A DNA stretch of 63,595 bases, counting the filler, from Sphacelaria rigidula (taxonomy: Eukaryota): the NCBI GenBank assembly GCA_964200075.2. It is 9 parts of 9 records of this genome, joined end to end, with 100 filler letters (N's around TTAATTAATTAA, not from the genome) between each part and the next. Parts side by side here need not be neighbours in the genome. Positions count along the whole stretch, not along the records: positions 49,542 to 56,518 come from CAXNAA020017119.1; positions 56,619 to 63,595 come from CAXNAA020017120.1; 7 more parts are not named here. One strand, 5' to 3'. Of the stretch, positions 49,685-62,767 are shown one piece after another. The notes under the pieces were generated by a model that worked only from the letters and a program-made list of their open reading frames with translations, made no database searches and was not told where the DNA came from. The translations under genes were made by a program, and so were the position numbers. Each line of letters begins with the position of its first letter. Position 1 is the first letter of the stretch.

Positions 49685-52600
49685 CTACGAACGCGCATCC
49701 TCCACCCGCAGCAGCACGGCATCCGACCCGGCCCTAACCAGGCTATCGATCCAAGCCTCTTGGTAACAGCTCAAGCTGTCCCCGGGTCCCTTCACCTCTA
49801 TCCACTGACAAGCGCTCTCTTGCTTAGGGTGGTGGACATCGCCATCAATGCTAACGCCTACTGCCTGTGCACCATCACTCGTGGACACCGATGCAGCACC
49901 GTCGGGTTTGTGGGTCGATGCCGAAAGTGCGGTGGCGTCTTTTCTCCAGACGAATAGGTCCGGCAAGCCGTGTCTCCATGCCCAATAATTAGATGATAGA
50001 TTCCTGAGTCGTGTGTGCGCGCGCGCGTGAGCGATGTCGATCAGAGAATATGACCAGGTAATCAATATGCCCACCTGGGTCATCTGTAATGTCACAGCCC
50101 ATACGTTGCAGAAAGAACCGATGGTGTTTGTAGATAATCGAGCATCCGTCACCTTCGCAGCAGATACTCCGAGGAAGACTCTTGTTCACAGCGGCCATCA
50201 CTAGTGCCCAAGCACCTGCTGGTTTACCTAGAGGAGTACACTTTTTTTGTTTTTTATTTTTCGCACTTTAAGCCCCTCCCCTTCCTCGCGAAGATTCCGT
50301 GGTCTCAAGGGATCAGCCCGTCTCTCCCCAGTACACTGCACTGCATGTACTCCGTGCGGTATACACTCGTTCTGCTAACCCTTTCAATGACCAGGGCCTA
50401 TAGAGCCGCTTTTCGGAGGAAAATCACGTCCCATGAGTAAGGCAATCGCACCCATCAAACATCGGAGCATGGTCGTAAGCATACCTGCATATTCGAGAGA
50501 GAGGGAGTGGTCCGATGGCGCATGCTACCGTCACCCACCCCTCCACGCCTTCTGGGAACAGGTTCCACTGAAGCCCTGGCAAAAGAGAAGAGGAAAATAG
50601 AACCACAGGCATGCTCGCTCTCTTCCTTTCTGTGTGTGCGTATTTTTCATCTTTTATGAGGATGCGAACTTGCATTCGCCGTGTTCCTTGCGCTGCGAGA
50701 GAGCTAAGATAGGCATACATGAAGGGTAATTCAACTCACTGCTTAGGGATAGGTTTTCCGTGATCAAATGCCCACGCGTGCATGAATGGGGGTATTTCAA
50801 CCGTTTTGAAACCCATGGACGATTTTTGTTTTTGTGAATCGGCATTATTTTCCTTCATTTTCAAGTCAAAATGATGCCGATTAACAAAAACAAAAATCGT
50901 CAATGGGTTCCAAAAGGGTTAAGCGAATGCATGGGAGTTGGTGCAAAATAACCCCCCAGCACTGTGCTCATTTTCGAACGTGTTTCCTCCATAAAAACAC
51001 GTCCCACCTTCATATATAATACACATTTTTTTTCTTTCAAGAAAGGAGGAAACCTCAACCAACACTCAACCCGCGAACGGGTTCGTGTACCGATTACCCG
51101 GAGGCTTGGCTAGACCACAGTGTGGCGGGCATATGGGGTAGGCGCCTCGAGCGTTTGGAAAGCTTTGCTCAAGGCAGTGTGAGTGCTGTACCCCCTAAAA
51201 AATCCCTGTCAATTTCGCGCAGTGCACCCTCCGCCCTACTCTCATGAGCTTCGGTCCATGTTCATGTGCTGCCGGTGGCGTATGCTCAGCGCCTCGCACC
51301 ACTACAGCACCGCCGCAACGTGGGGAAATAGCTACCCTCGGACTATGTCCAGCTAGTTCTGGTGCCTTCCGGGGCAGTCCCCTGCGCTCCATAATAGTGC
51401 ACCGGACAATTGTTTCTCCCAGGACAGCCAATGCGAGTTCTCGTACAGCGATTTAGTCAACGCAGTTCATCCATTGTTTTCGAAGCTACAACATACGTTA
51501 GAATCAACTTGTCATCGCGCTCGATCGCATACTGTCTCACCCTGCTTCTGTCTACCTACAGTAGCTGCAACCAGTGCTCTACCGCCTCCAGTTCCTCAGT
51601 ACGCCAAGGCCCGAGCCGGGCGAGGAAAGCAGCACATGAAGGCTCCCTTTCTCGTGTGCGTTTAGGTAGCTTGGGTAGCCGAGTGAAAAACACTATCTTG
51701 TGCTCATGTTTCACGCGTGCGTGCTGCGAGGAGGTTCTTTATACCAAGACATGCTCGTGCATTCCATCGATCTACGACCGTACAGCTTGGGTCCTCACAT
51801 GCACCGACTGGGTGGGCTCTTGGCGGGTTTCCGGAATGTTGCCTCTTGTGCAGAGACAGTGCCTACATTGAGAAGGCCGTTCTTTGTTATGCAAAAGCTG
51901 TGTGCCAGAGTCATGCCACGATAGGGGTGTGTGTGTGTGGGGTAGTTCGGGTCATTCCTTCCATGAAATTCCACGTCAAATCTTCGTTGAAAGAAACAAC
52001 GGTTGCTCGAACGCGCTTGTTACCGATAATAACGCCTGTTCATCTTGCTTGACACGGTTTGTACCCAAACACAGGCGCACCGCGGGTGTGTTTGGTCGTC
52101 TGACACACTTATGAGCTATTTTTTTCGTGGACCCCCCGCCCCCCGGAGGCCTCGGCCAGCACCACGCCGAACGTCACGGGTGCGACAACATCTGTAGCTG
52201 TCATCGCGCGGGCCATACGCAAAGTCACCCACGTTCAAAAACTTCAGCACCCACAACAGAGACGATGCATGGAGGGAAAAAAAAGGTCAAACCTGCCTTC
52301 CTTCATCACGAGAAAGGTCGTTCGTTGCACGCCTTGGCAATCAGTTGTAGTTCTGTGCAGCTCTTGCTGACAGCCCATGCTCTTCAAACGTTTACCTACG
52401 GCAAAGCGATCGTCAACCGACAACTCGCAAAACCGCTAGGAGGCAAAACTCTCCACAACTCCACTTCACCCCCGCTCCTGCCCCTCCTCTACGAGCCTGG
52501 TCCGCCGAAAACCCGGCGTGCTCCGTCCCGGCTTTGTAGGGATGCGAGGTCAATGGCCATATGACTATGGCATGCAAGATCATGAGTACTCCCCCTAACC

Positions 52601-55465
52601 ATCCCCTCCTCCACCCTCTCGCTGCTCAAATCCTCACCGGTGCAGGCCTTGCCATAGTGCCTCTGCCAATTCTGCCGCACAAGCATCGCCGCATCTCCTC
52701 GCTCCACGACATCGTACACACCTGCCGAGTCGGCGTGCACCAAAAAGGAGGGGAAACGTGTGTACTTTCAAAATGCTGTTTTCGTACTCTTAACATAGCA
52801 AATTCGACCTCAATACTCAGTTTCGTGTTTCTTGGGCACGTCTATCGTGAGATCACGGCTGGACCCTTGGGGGGTCAGGTAAAGTGCGACAATCAATCAA
52901 TCAATCAACTGAACCTATATATATATATATATATACCAGTCTATCGTTCTGGCGCTCTTCGGGTCCATGTTCGATTCCGGGTGCGTTCTTCCCCCATACC
53001 GTAGCAACCGGGGGATGTCAAAATGAATTCCTCACCCGGGAATGAGAATATGACGTCACCGGCATATCGTGAAAAGGCTGGGGCTATTTTCTGCGACATG
53101 GTGCTACATTGAGTATGACAATGGAGAAAAGGGAGAACGGGAACCGTCCTCGGGTGAGCAAGAAAAAACCCGTCATTTGATGAGCCTTCGACCCGCGGAG
53201 CAATTGGATATTGTGTGGCAGAAGCATGTGTACAATATGCAGTCACAGACGTCCAGGATGCCATGTAGAAAAAAAAAGTGAAATAGCGATTTGTCGAAAA
53301 GGGCAACGAACCCCCTCATATAGTTGAACGACTTGCCTTCAAGCACACCGCATCGCCTTCCCGCAAAGGCGGTGGTCATTAGGTCGGCCGGCTCGCTTTG
53401 GAACGGCGAGCGGAAAGGGCAGTAGGTTGTGTTGCTGTCATCACTGCCACCTGCGCTTGGTGCTGCCCGAACTTGTGGCAAGAAGAGAGCATCCCAGCAG
53501 AGAAGCGCGAATAGCCCGAGGCAGATGCTGCGCCAGCAGGAAAAAAAAACCCAGACAAGACGGGATCGGACGGTTGTTGGTGCGCACAGAAGGGGGCTAC
53601 AGCAGTAGTAGGAAAGGAAGAGCCACACGTGATACGGGCGCCAAGTGATTCTTCAAAGGTCATTCGGTCCTACCTTCTTGTTTCACCATAAAGAACGCCA
53701 TCGACGACGACGACACCAACAACATCAACAACAACAACGTGATCGATTATACAAAACACCAACGACCCCGCCCCCCCCCCATTCCCTTTCTTTTCGAGGG
53801 TTGGCGTAGATCGGCAACTGCGCTGTAGAACATGCCACTCGCCGCAGTGAACTAGGCAACCAGGTTACCGGTTTCTTTTCCGCTTGCGTTTTTTATGTGG
53901 TAACCATGATGATGGTTGAGCTAGATCATATTGCGCGGAGTGGAGAACCTCAACTCCGCGCAAAGGGGATGGTCGTACCACGTAGTGTTTAAGCAGTGAA
54001 ACACCCAGGAGGCAGCGTGGAACCCGTGGCTGTCTTTGGCAGTAGTGATACCAGAAGATGAAGCGACTCGTCATCCATATGCAAGATAATCAGTACGCTT
54101 CGGGCCGAGCAATCTGAGCAGGGTGCAGCTCAACCTTCATGCGACTCGCAAGACACATCACGGCGCTTCGCGCTTGGTGATTAATTGCGAGGCTCGTCCG
54201 GCGAAACCTCGGCGTGCTCAGTCCCGGCTTTGTAGGGATGCGAGGTCAATGGTCATATGACAACGGCATGCAAGATCGTGAGTAACCCCCCTCCCCACGT
54301 GCTCCGTCCCGGCTTTGTAGGGATGCGAGGTCAATGGTCATGCGATTATGGCATGCATGATCTTGAGTACATATCGATGCAGGGCAGGAAACTGCGCCAC
54401 AGGACCGTCTCCACCTCTGCCCTCAAACCGTTTTATCAGCGTCGACCTGAACTGAGACATTCAATGAAGGATGAGTTCACCCAGCTGGCATGGGGACCGG
54501 ACCTAGGGCTAGCCGACATCTCTACAGTAGCCTTCCCTCTGTACACACTGACGAACAGGAGAAGCACAACATCCGCACCACCCTCCCTCCCCCCCAAACA
54601 CCCCAGACCTGTTTTCCGCGTGCAAGCCGGCCCACTCAGCTCCAAGGTCCTTGAGCACACTTTCAAGGACAGCGTCTTCTAAGCTGGTACCGTGAGCAAT
54701 CACCCCCGCCACCTTTTCCGCAGTGTCCACCCCCTCTATCCCGCCTGCGTCACTGCTACCCCCTCCCTCAACTCCCTCGTCCTCCTCTCTCGACCCCCCC
54801 TCGCTTTGGACCAACCCCACAGCCGCCGCTCTGCTCGAAGAACGGCCGCCGTCGCCGCCGCGCCCTCTTCCCGGCCTTCGTCCGCCGCCCCCACCAGGCG
54901 TCTGTTTAATGGAAACTGTGTTTCGTTGACGCCATGACAAGTCTAGACGAAGCACGGTCAAGCGGGCCTCTCGGAGGTCTGGCGGCGGGCGCTTGCGCCA
55001 TCGCAGGGGGGGAACCGCAAGCCGAGCAGCCCTCCGGAGTAGCGGTAGGGACTCGCACAAGGGCAGAGCGGCCGCCGCCTGAAATTCATACGTCGTACAC
55101 ATATATTGGAATAATTGGGAGCACAAACCGCCACGCACGCGTGCATGCGGCGTTTCCGCTGTTACCCTGCAGTGTATAGCACATGGATTGCCGTACACGT
55201 GGTGGTGACACTCTGAAATTTGTAGCCGGAAGCATCATTTTCATGCGCCATATCATGGCAAGCCTACTTTACATACCTGGCTTGCAATCTCCTTTGCTAT
55301 CGCCAAGGAGCCGGACGGTGAGGATTGCGCGGGGGGTGGGGCCGCTTCGGCCAACGCCCTTTCGCACGCTCGTAGCGCTTCCATGGCTCGCTTCTTGTGG
55401 CCTAGGTCCGTCACGAGACGAACCCAGTATCGGGGCCGATGCACGCTCAGCCTTTGGGAGGAAGC
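49685..55465 (-). CDS. FAN1: FAN1-like VRR-NUC nuclease, C-terminal part; exons complement(join(49685-50003,50485-50575,52638-52721,53337-53527,54609-55078,55277-~55451/55465)); further upstream exons likely at ~55735-55776 and ~56031-56101
   Basis: RPRYWVRLVTDLGH, LLRRAARLAVPPLRW, SLEDAVL...GLHAENSICLGLFALLCWDALF, PFQSEPADL and GLPDLFVW...IEVKGPGDSLSCYQEAWI (PD-ExK). Phases are consistent across five introns. Confidence 0.92.
50801..50918. mobile_element. Palindromic piggyBac-like MITE in a FAN1 intron
   Basis: TCAA|CCGTTTTGAAACCCAT...ATGGGTTCCAAAAGGG|TTAA. The internal palindrome is shared with ~56836-56897. Confidence 0.7.
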
Positions 55466-56618
55466 CTTGCAGGGCGGGCGGCGGAGCGGGGGGGCACGTG
55501 GACATTCTTATGCACTACGCTTAGATTGTGATACTGCAACCGTTTTCGGAAGTCTTTCCCGTGGTATTCTCATTTATTTTTGAAGGACGCGGAAACACAC
55601 ACGAACACATCTGCAAAGATGTTTCAGATTGATTTGTTTTCGAGTAATTTGAGATACCATATCGACACGCTGGTGATTTTTCTATAATAGTATTTTGGCC
55701 GTGATACCTACTGGTGCAGGTGGAAGAGCGTACACCTGACCCGCGTGATTACACGGTAAGCGGCTGCCGTGAATACTCTGGACAAAAGAAATGTGCGTGT
55801 GGAAGCGCCTGCAGCTCTCGGATAGCCCTCGGTTCACGTCAAAACAAATGTACATGCCAACTGCACTGTACGAGCTGCGAAGGATGCACCAGACGGACGA
55901 GTAGAAAGTATGCCAACATGAAGTATGGACGTCCCTTCAAGATCTCATTCTTACGGCGCACCAAATTGCGGGTAAAAAGTGTCCCCCCGTATTTGCATGG
56001 AGAGTCATGGCCTAAAACAAAATGAGGTACTTTGCACTGTCGACAGCCAACAGAGAGTATACAACAAGGCCCAGCTCCACGGTACAGCTCGAACTATAGG
56101 CCTGTGATGCACACCAACACTTCTGTCGTTCGACCGCGGGTCAGAGAGACGGGATAGACAAGTTCACCGAGAAACAAGAGTTTATACACAGAACGCGCAA
56201 TATCCCGTACAGCTGCAGACCATAACGTGCCCAGCAGGAACAGCATACACATGAGTGTAGGTGATTGTAGAAGTAGCTATTTTGTGGGTACCATGCGTGA
56301 CACACAAAAAGGGAAATGCTTACATTCAGGTATATCTATGCATGCCTGGGACAATTTAGGCACAGCTCCAACGGCATTCTGAACTTTCTTACCTACGGCC
56401 GTCTAATTGGTTCAGGCGGCAAGATACCTTACTATGACTGCAGAAAGTGAACTTAAAAATTGTCTTCCCCTCCCCCCCGTGGATAAGATATGTAAAATGT
56501 TTTTGTGTAATTTATGGANNNNNNNNNNNNNNNNNNNNNNNNNNNNNNNNNNNNNNNNNNNNTTAATTAATTAANNNNNNNNNNNNNNNNNNNNNNNNNN
56601 NNNNNNNNNNNNNNNNNN

Positions 56619-56718
56619 TTTTCGTTTTTTTTCAAAAAACCGACCGAAACCGACCGACTTTTTCGAGAAAAACCGAAAAACCGACCGAGCCATTTTCAGC
56701 TTCGGTTCACAACACTGG
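56619..56718. mobile_element. End of a hAT-like element with AACCG subterminal repeats
   Basis: Repeated AAACCGACCG motifs ending TTCGGTTCACAACACTG at the contig start. Confidence 0.45.
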
Positions 56719-56983
56719 CCATGCTACGATAGGGGTTCTCGTTTCGGGGTCACTTTTTTGTAGGAGCCCAAATATATGAGGCTTACTGTGCAATCCAAAT
56801 ATCCGGTTACCGGACATGCAAATGTACGCAGGGGCCTTTTTGTGAATCGGCATCATTTTCACTCTTTCTCAAGTAAAAATGATGCCGATTCTCAAAATGA
56901 TCCGTCCAACACCCCGAGAAAAAATTTCGCCAAAAACGTGCACCCCTACCGTAGCATGGCTCGCATGTAGAGTTGAAAATTCG

Positions 56984-58020
56984 TTTTTCAGAATTAAATT
57001 TCCGTTTTTCAGAATGAAAGTGTCAGATCCCCCATCAGGCTTCCGCGTATTGCATATAACGCGCATACACTCAGGCACTGACAGCTTGGGTCGAAGGTCG
57101 AATCTCGCCCTCGTCGAAGGTGAACGATGATGGAGCAAATCGGCCGTGAAATTCACCGAACCCTGAATCCCAGGCAGTAGACCTTACGAAATGTACGCAA
57201 ACAATGGTTGACACTCGATTTTACTTGATTTCAGACCGGAGAAAGTTCTGAGAAAAATTTGGTCTGGGGCAGGTGAGCGATGGTGAGCAGAAGACCCAGC
57301 TCGTCCAGAATGTGTTTTGCCCCCAAGTCGGCTGAAAGGCGTCGATTTGAGCTCTGGCAACGCACACTTTGCCTACGGAACACCTTGCACCCCCCTTGCC
57401 CGAGGGTTTTTTGCATGCTTCGGTCGGGGTTAGGGTTAGGGTGAGCGTTAGGGTTGGCGAAATCTAAATAGTACCAACCATTGTTTCCGTACATTTCTTC
57501 ATATCCCCTTACCCCATGACGGATACAAAAAAAAAACGGCCCCATAATACACCGAAACGCGGCAAATCGGCTGGTAAATTCACCGAACCCCGAACCCCGG
57601 GAAATCGAATCTAAGAAACACAGTAAGGCCGACGAAAAGCTCCGTGCGGAAGTCTACAGCCAACAACAAATAGATGAACGGTGGTGGAGAAAACGTTGCA
57701 CTACTTGATCAACCTCACGTTCTTGCGTGTATTGCGCATTACAGTCACACATATTAGACATAAACCGCGACATGGCCGAAAGAAAACTCTAGCCCGAAGG
57801 GAACAAAGACGCTCTTGTTGCGTTCTGGCGTATCCTGTAATTATCGTGTATGCATATGAAGTTGGATTTTTTTTCAGAATCGAATTTCCGTTTTTCAGAA
57901 TGAAAATGTCAGATCCACCATCAGGGTTCCGCGTATTGCCTAGTATGCGCTTACTTTTTGGCACTGACTGCTTGGGTCGAAGGTCGAATCTCGCCCTCGT
58001 CGAAGGTGAACGGTGATGGA
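56984..58020 (+). repeat. ~150-bp direct repeats (~56984-57132 and ~57870-58020) flanking a segment with degenerate TTAGGG repeats (~57427-57457)
   Basis: TTTTTCAGAAT...GTCGAAGGTGAACG occurs twice. Confidence 0.8.
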
Positions 58021-60362
58021 AAAACATTGTATTATCTCACCAAGCTTTCGAATATGAAGAATGTCGCAGGGTGAGGTCGAGCTGAAGGGGTTTGTGAAGT
58101 GTATTTCTTTAAGAGTAGGTCTAGTTGTCCCGCTTGCACGGGAGCGTTCACACGTAATCGTAGTTCGACATATACACATGCACAAATTTCTTCTCCCCGG
58201 ACAAAAAAGCAATCTGATTCGCGTAGTATTGACTAGAATTTGTTGTCATCCCAAACCGAACATCTTCTGCATACTTTCATGTCTTTCTCCATACATTCGA
58301 GGAATCCGATCGGCTTGAGTACATGGCGCGCGCTCGGCATGCCAGTCCTTCCATCAGTTAGTTACCATCCAACATGATACTCTCTGTTTATTTCCTACAA
58401 CTCAAGACCTAATCTTGAGTACAGACAGTTTTTTTCTCTTTCACATTTTACAGTAATGGATCATGTAAGGAGACATGCTCGCTCGGCCTGGATTCGAAGT
58501 CTGCAGTATGCTTGAGATATACCTCCATGTCAGGCATGTATACGCAACTCAAGCGGGTATGAGCTACAACAAAGAGGCGAGAGAGAACGATACCACATGG
58601 GGGTATACGCGGGGAAGGAAAAAAAAAATCGATCGCACGAGAGAGAAAGATAAATATTAGCGGAACAACTATGGTGCACATGTCTATATGGGTACCTCCC
58701 CGCCATTGTTTTTTCAATGTACTTGTCGTGGCTGGTCACCTGGAATCCCAAGTTGCTATGTAACACCTCAACGTACGGCAATGAAAATTGGAACACGTTC
58801 GATACTTTCATCTTTCGGCTGCTCGTTCCCGCACTCATGGCATGTACCTTGACTCATTGAACGCATCACAAGTGCTCTCCCCGTGTTCAAGTGTGGGTGG
58901 TTCCTGGGGTGTACCCGTCTGCCTTCCCCTTTCATTCCTCTTTCAACTTCGCTCACCCTTTGTCGACTTTCACCGTGTTCGCTGTGCCGTCGTTAGGGTG
59001 CCTCACCAGCACCCTCAGATGATGAAGGCGACCCGATCAACTTTCCAGACCAGATGAGCCGTGGCCATCGAAAGAAGCGTTCGTCACAGTTCGCTAAAAT
59101 CGTGCCCAGGTCCGAGGTAAAAAAACCCTTCCTGCTTCCCCCCCCCCCCCTCCCGGGAGAGGGATGAAAGCTTATCATTGCCACTGCCTGCTGTGTTTCT
59201 GTTTTTCCCGCTGACTGTATTTCGTTTATGTGACTGATTCTGGTAGTCTCACGCATTTGCCTTACATGCCTCAACGTCGGCCGCAACTTCGCCAACCCGG
59301 GTTATACGCACCATGTCGACGTAACCCCGCCGTCACCCGCCTCATGGCTCCCCAGGATAACCATTCCCGTGCCAGCCCACGCCGGGCTTCCTCTCTTCCC
59401 CCACACCCGCCATCCCAATCCAAGCCTCTCCAACCCGCCAAAACCCCATCCTACCCACATAAGCTCCCACCTCCTTGTTCACCCTTCACGCCGCAGCTCG
59501 TGCTGCGTTGCATCCGCGCACGTAGTCTGCGGCACACGACCTCTCCGAGCCCCCTTCCTGACGAGAATGGCCAAATGTTATCTCTTTACCCGTGCCCGCA
59601 TCTTTGTCCACCCACAATATCGACACCTCTTCCCTACTGTGCCAGCACCCGGTGCAACCCCCTGCACCCCTCGTCCCGTTTTTGGCTTTCACCCATAACG
59701 CATGTGGCACGGCCGGGAGTACTCCTCCCCACCACCTCACCAGGATAGACGCACGAGGTCGACGGAGAACGCATGTAACCGCACCTGTCTCATGGGGTGC
59801 CTACCTGCACACACCGCAAGCCATGAACGCACCAAGCAGCAGCAACACCCACCAAAACACCACCAGGGTTCATCCTGATCACATCCACAGCACAAGCTAC
59901 CATCAACTCACCATCCCACTGCTACGACCGCCACAACCAACCGCCCAACAACTCCACCACCCAAGAAGTCTACCACCCAACCGCATCCCACAACCACTTT
60001 TTGTGTTGGCCGTCTTGCGAGAACAGGCTCTCGCTGTGTGCTTGGGAAATAGGTGCCGCGTGGGGATATTGCATTGTCGATATATGTGTCATCATTTTCC
60101 GGCACGGATGCAACCATTCGTAACGGCAAACAGTACATTGTAGAATATCGTAAAAGATACGGAGGTACACAGTAGCTGAGGTTGGCATATTTCATAGTTT
60201 GTGTGTGTTTGTGTGTTGTGTGTGTTTTCCAGTTGTAAGTTGTATGTGCCTCTGTGTTGGCGCCCTCCATACCGTTTCCCCTTTGTTCCCGTCTCTTGTT
60301 TTCTCCCCTTTGTCCTCGGCGCTACTTTTTTTCCCCCTTCAAGTATGACTACCGCCCTTCAG

Positions 60363-60712
60363 GCTGCCCGTTCGGCGAGTGGTCGGAAGGCATGCAGGCA
60401 TATGCGGCCCATAATATGAGGTTGTTCAGGAAGGGCGGCAAATACCGCCTGCACTTGGATAAAGCTGTCTTCAAGGGCACGGAGGTGGGCGTGTCGATGG
60501 GAGTTTTTGCATAACCAGAGCGATTGGACCGACAGGCTGGAAAAAACAGTGCGGATAATGACCGACAGTCGCCACGGTGCTTTTTATTTTTTGCAAACTC
60601 AAAGCAGAGTGACTTGGTCGTATGATGATAACGTTAGTGCCACAAATATGGACGTCCATAATGGATGTCCTGAAAAATATCCTTGGGAGGCTGAAGATCA
60701 CGATGTATATAA
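60363..60712 (+). pseudogene. Exon-like coding segment with an apparent frameshift; product unknown
   Basis: A polypyrimidine-CAG acceptor precedes GCPFGEWSEGMQAYAAHNMRLFRKGGKYRL..., which shifts frame near 60497 into WEFLHNQSDWTDRLEK. Confidence 0.35.
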
Positions 60713-61577
60713 GTCACGACAAGTAGAGCTCCCTTGCCTGAGTTTGCTGGTGCTTCCGTGTGAAAAGGGAGCGCTGGGCGCACTGGCTACCGACCGCCTC
60801 GCAACCGTTCGAATCAAACAATGCAAGTGCCCTGATTTCATTATATGTATACTGCAGTAGAGCTGCCTGCGTTTCCCCGGTTTCGTCATGATCGTTGTAT
60901 GTATGTCCGCGACATTGTCGTTCTGCTCCAGTAGCACATGCGAATGCGTACACTTTCGGTGTCGATCCAAGCATCACGAACGTAGCGTCACCCACGATGA
61001 TTGTTGTCTCCGCTGTGAGTAGGTGAATGCTTGCGTGCTAACCTGCGGTTCTAACTTTGTCAATGCTAAGGCCTTGGCGTTTTCGGTACGCCATATCTTA
61101 CTGTTTGTCCGAGTCCCTGTGGCATGCGGCTCTATTTTTTCGCCCCGGATGTGTTCATCTTGTGATCGCGACCGGAGTTACAGCGAGAGGATCAGCTACT
61201 GATTAATCGGCCCAGCGATCTACACCTCTTTGCCCATCTGGCCGGTCACTTTGTTTTTACCGTATTATCTCCATCACTCCCACCGTCACCCAAGCCGTTA
61301 AATTGCCTCATGGCTAGGTACGCCAACCATGAGGCCCTGCCTCTCTCCCTCGATTACACCACCTCGCGAACCCGACCCCCACAAGCTTCGCCCGCATACT
61401 CCAACACGGCCGTGCTTGTGTCCTTGTCGTTGTTGATTTTATTGTTTCATGGGTCACAGACCCTTGCCATGTACCGATCCTGTCTCTTTACTGTTGTCAT
61501 TCTGTAGGTGACGTGCGTGAGTGATGTAGTATTCCAAAATTGTATTTTCTCTGAGATTTTGTCTTGTTCTGCTGCAG

Positions 61578-62182
61578 GACACACTGATGATGGCCACGCT
61601 CCTATCGAAGGTGCAGCTGCTGCGAGATATGGAAAATCTCAGGATGCAGGAAAGGGCAGCGGAGCAGAGGAGGCAGGAAAGCCTCATGCAGAGCAATAGC
61701 AAGGTAGGCCTCCCTACGGTAGCACTCGCCCTTGTCTCCTGCTGTCACCGTCCACGGCTGTTTTTGTTGCTGATGTCATCGTCGTCGTCGTCGTCGTTTT
61801 GGCATATGCCCCACCCGCAGACCGCAGCGAAAAACACATTTCCTCCCTACGTACGTAGCGTCCACTGTAATACAGCAAACGGCAACAGAACCGAACTGTT
61901 CTCGCCGTCACTCGAAATCTTGACACGCACCTAATCCCCATTGACTAACGTGTATGCGTCCACAGCGCCGGAGGCGGACGGCAGGTCATGCACGGGCATC
62001 AAAACAAGTCTCGACCAGACAACAGTCGTCCGTCAATCCCCCTTCGTCATCGTCGGCGTCGCGGCGCTCGCGGCCGTTGCGGCAGCAATCATCCATAAGT
62101 GATAATCCAGATGAAGCCGTACCGAGCAGGCAGGGCGGCGGCGGACGAAGACGGGGGGGTAGGGAAGGACGAGGAGGCATGG
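61578..62182 (+). CDS. Two exons of an unidentified gene: join(61578-61703,61966-62182)
   Basis: CAG|...|GTAGG and CAG|...|GTACG boundaries with a GACTAAC branch point. In-phase product DTLMMATLLSKVQLLRDMENLRMQERAAEQRRQESLMQSNSK-RRRRTAG... Confidence 0.55.
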
Positions 62183-62506
62183 GTACGCGTGTTCGTTTTC
62201 TATTCTCGGTTTTTGAAAAGGAGAGGGTTACATGTTCTATAGAGTGGCGATGTGTTGGTTTCGTGTGAATTGGTTGATTGAGTTTGGAGTTGTGATGCCC
62301 GGACTGCTGTATTTCGCGCTTCTACTTGCGTATTTTTGCGGCGGCTGCCAGGACCATCGTGTTGACAGCATGCTTTGTTTTGGTCTCCAATTCATGTCGT
62401 CTCCATCCGCTCGATATCAATTGGACACGTCTTTTCTGATGAAACTGGTCGCGTCGCAGCTATTAGACACTGTAACAATTCACGGATCACATGGTTTTTG
62501 TCATTA

Positions 62507-62767
62507 TACGGCCAATACTTGGAGTTGAACCCTGAAATATGGTATGGACAATGAGTAGGGCGCAATAAAGAACATTTGTGCACACGAGGGTTTTTGTTTT
62601 TTTCCATGATTTAGGGGCATTTTACCGATATCTGAAAACTGATTATTGCCCTTGAATCATGGGAAAAAATAACAAAAAACCTTGTGTGCACCACTTTTTT
62701 TTTTTCTCTTATGCCCTACTCATTGTCCATACCAAATTTCAGGGTCCAACTTCAAGTATTGGCCGTA
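62507..62767. repeat. ~260-bp imperfect foldback (MITE-like)
   Basis: TACGGCCAATACTTGGAGTTGAACCCTGAAAT... pairs with ...ATTTCAGGGTCCAACTTCAAGTATTGGCCGTA. The arm motif also occurs at ~25773-25805. Confidence 0.85.

Noticed and set aside
57427-57457. Telomere
   Set aside because: Only a few degenerate TTAGGG units, in the interior of a contig.
59230-60200. Pro/His-rich ORFs, possibly a LINE tail or a gene
   Set aside because: C-rich low-complexity sequence with no diagnostic motif.
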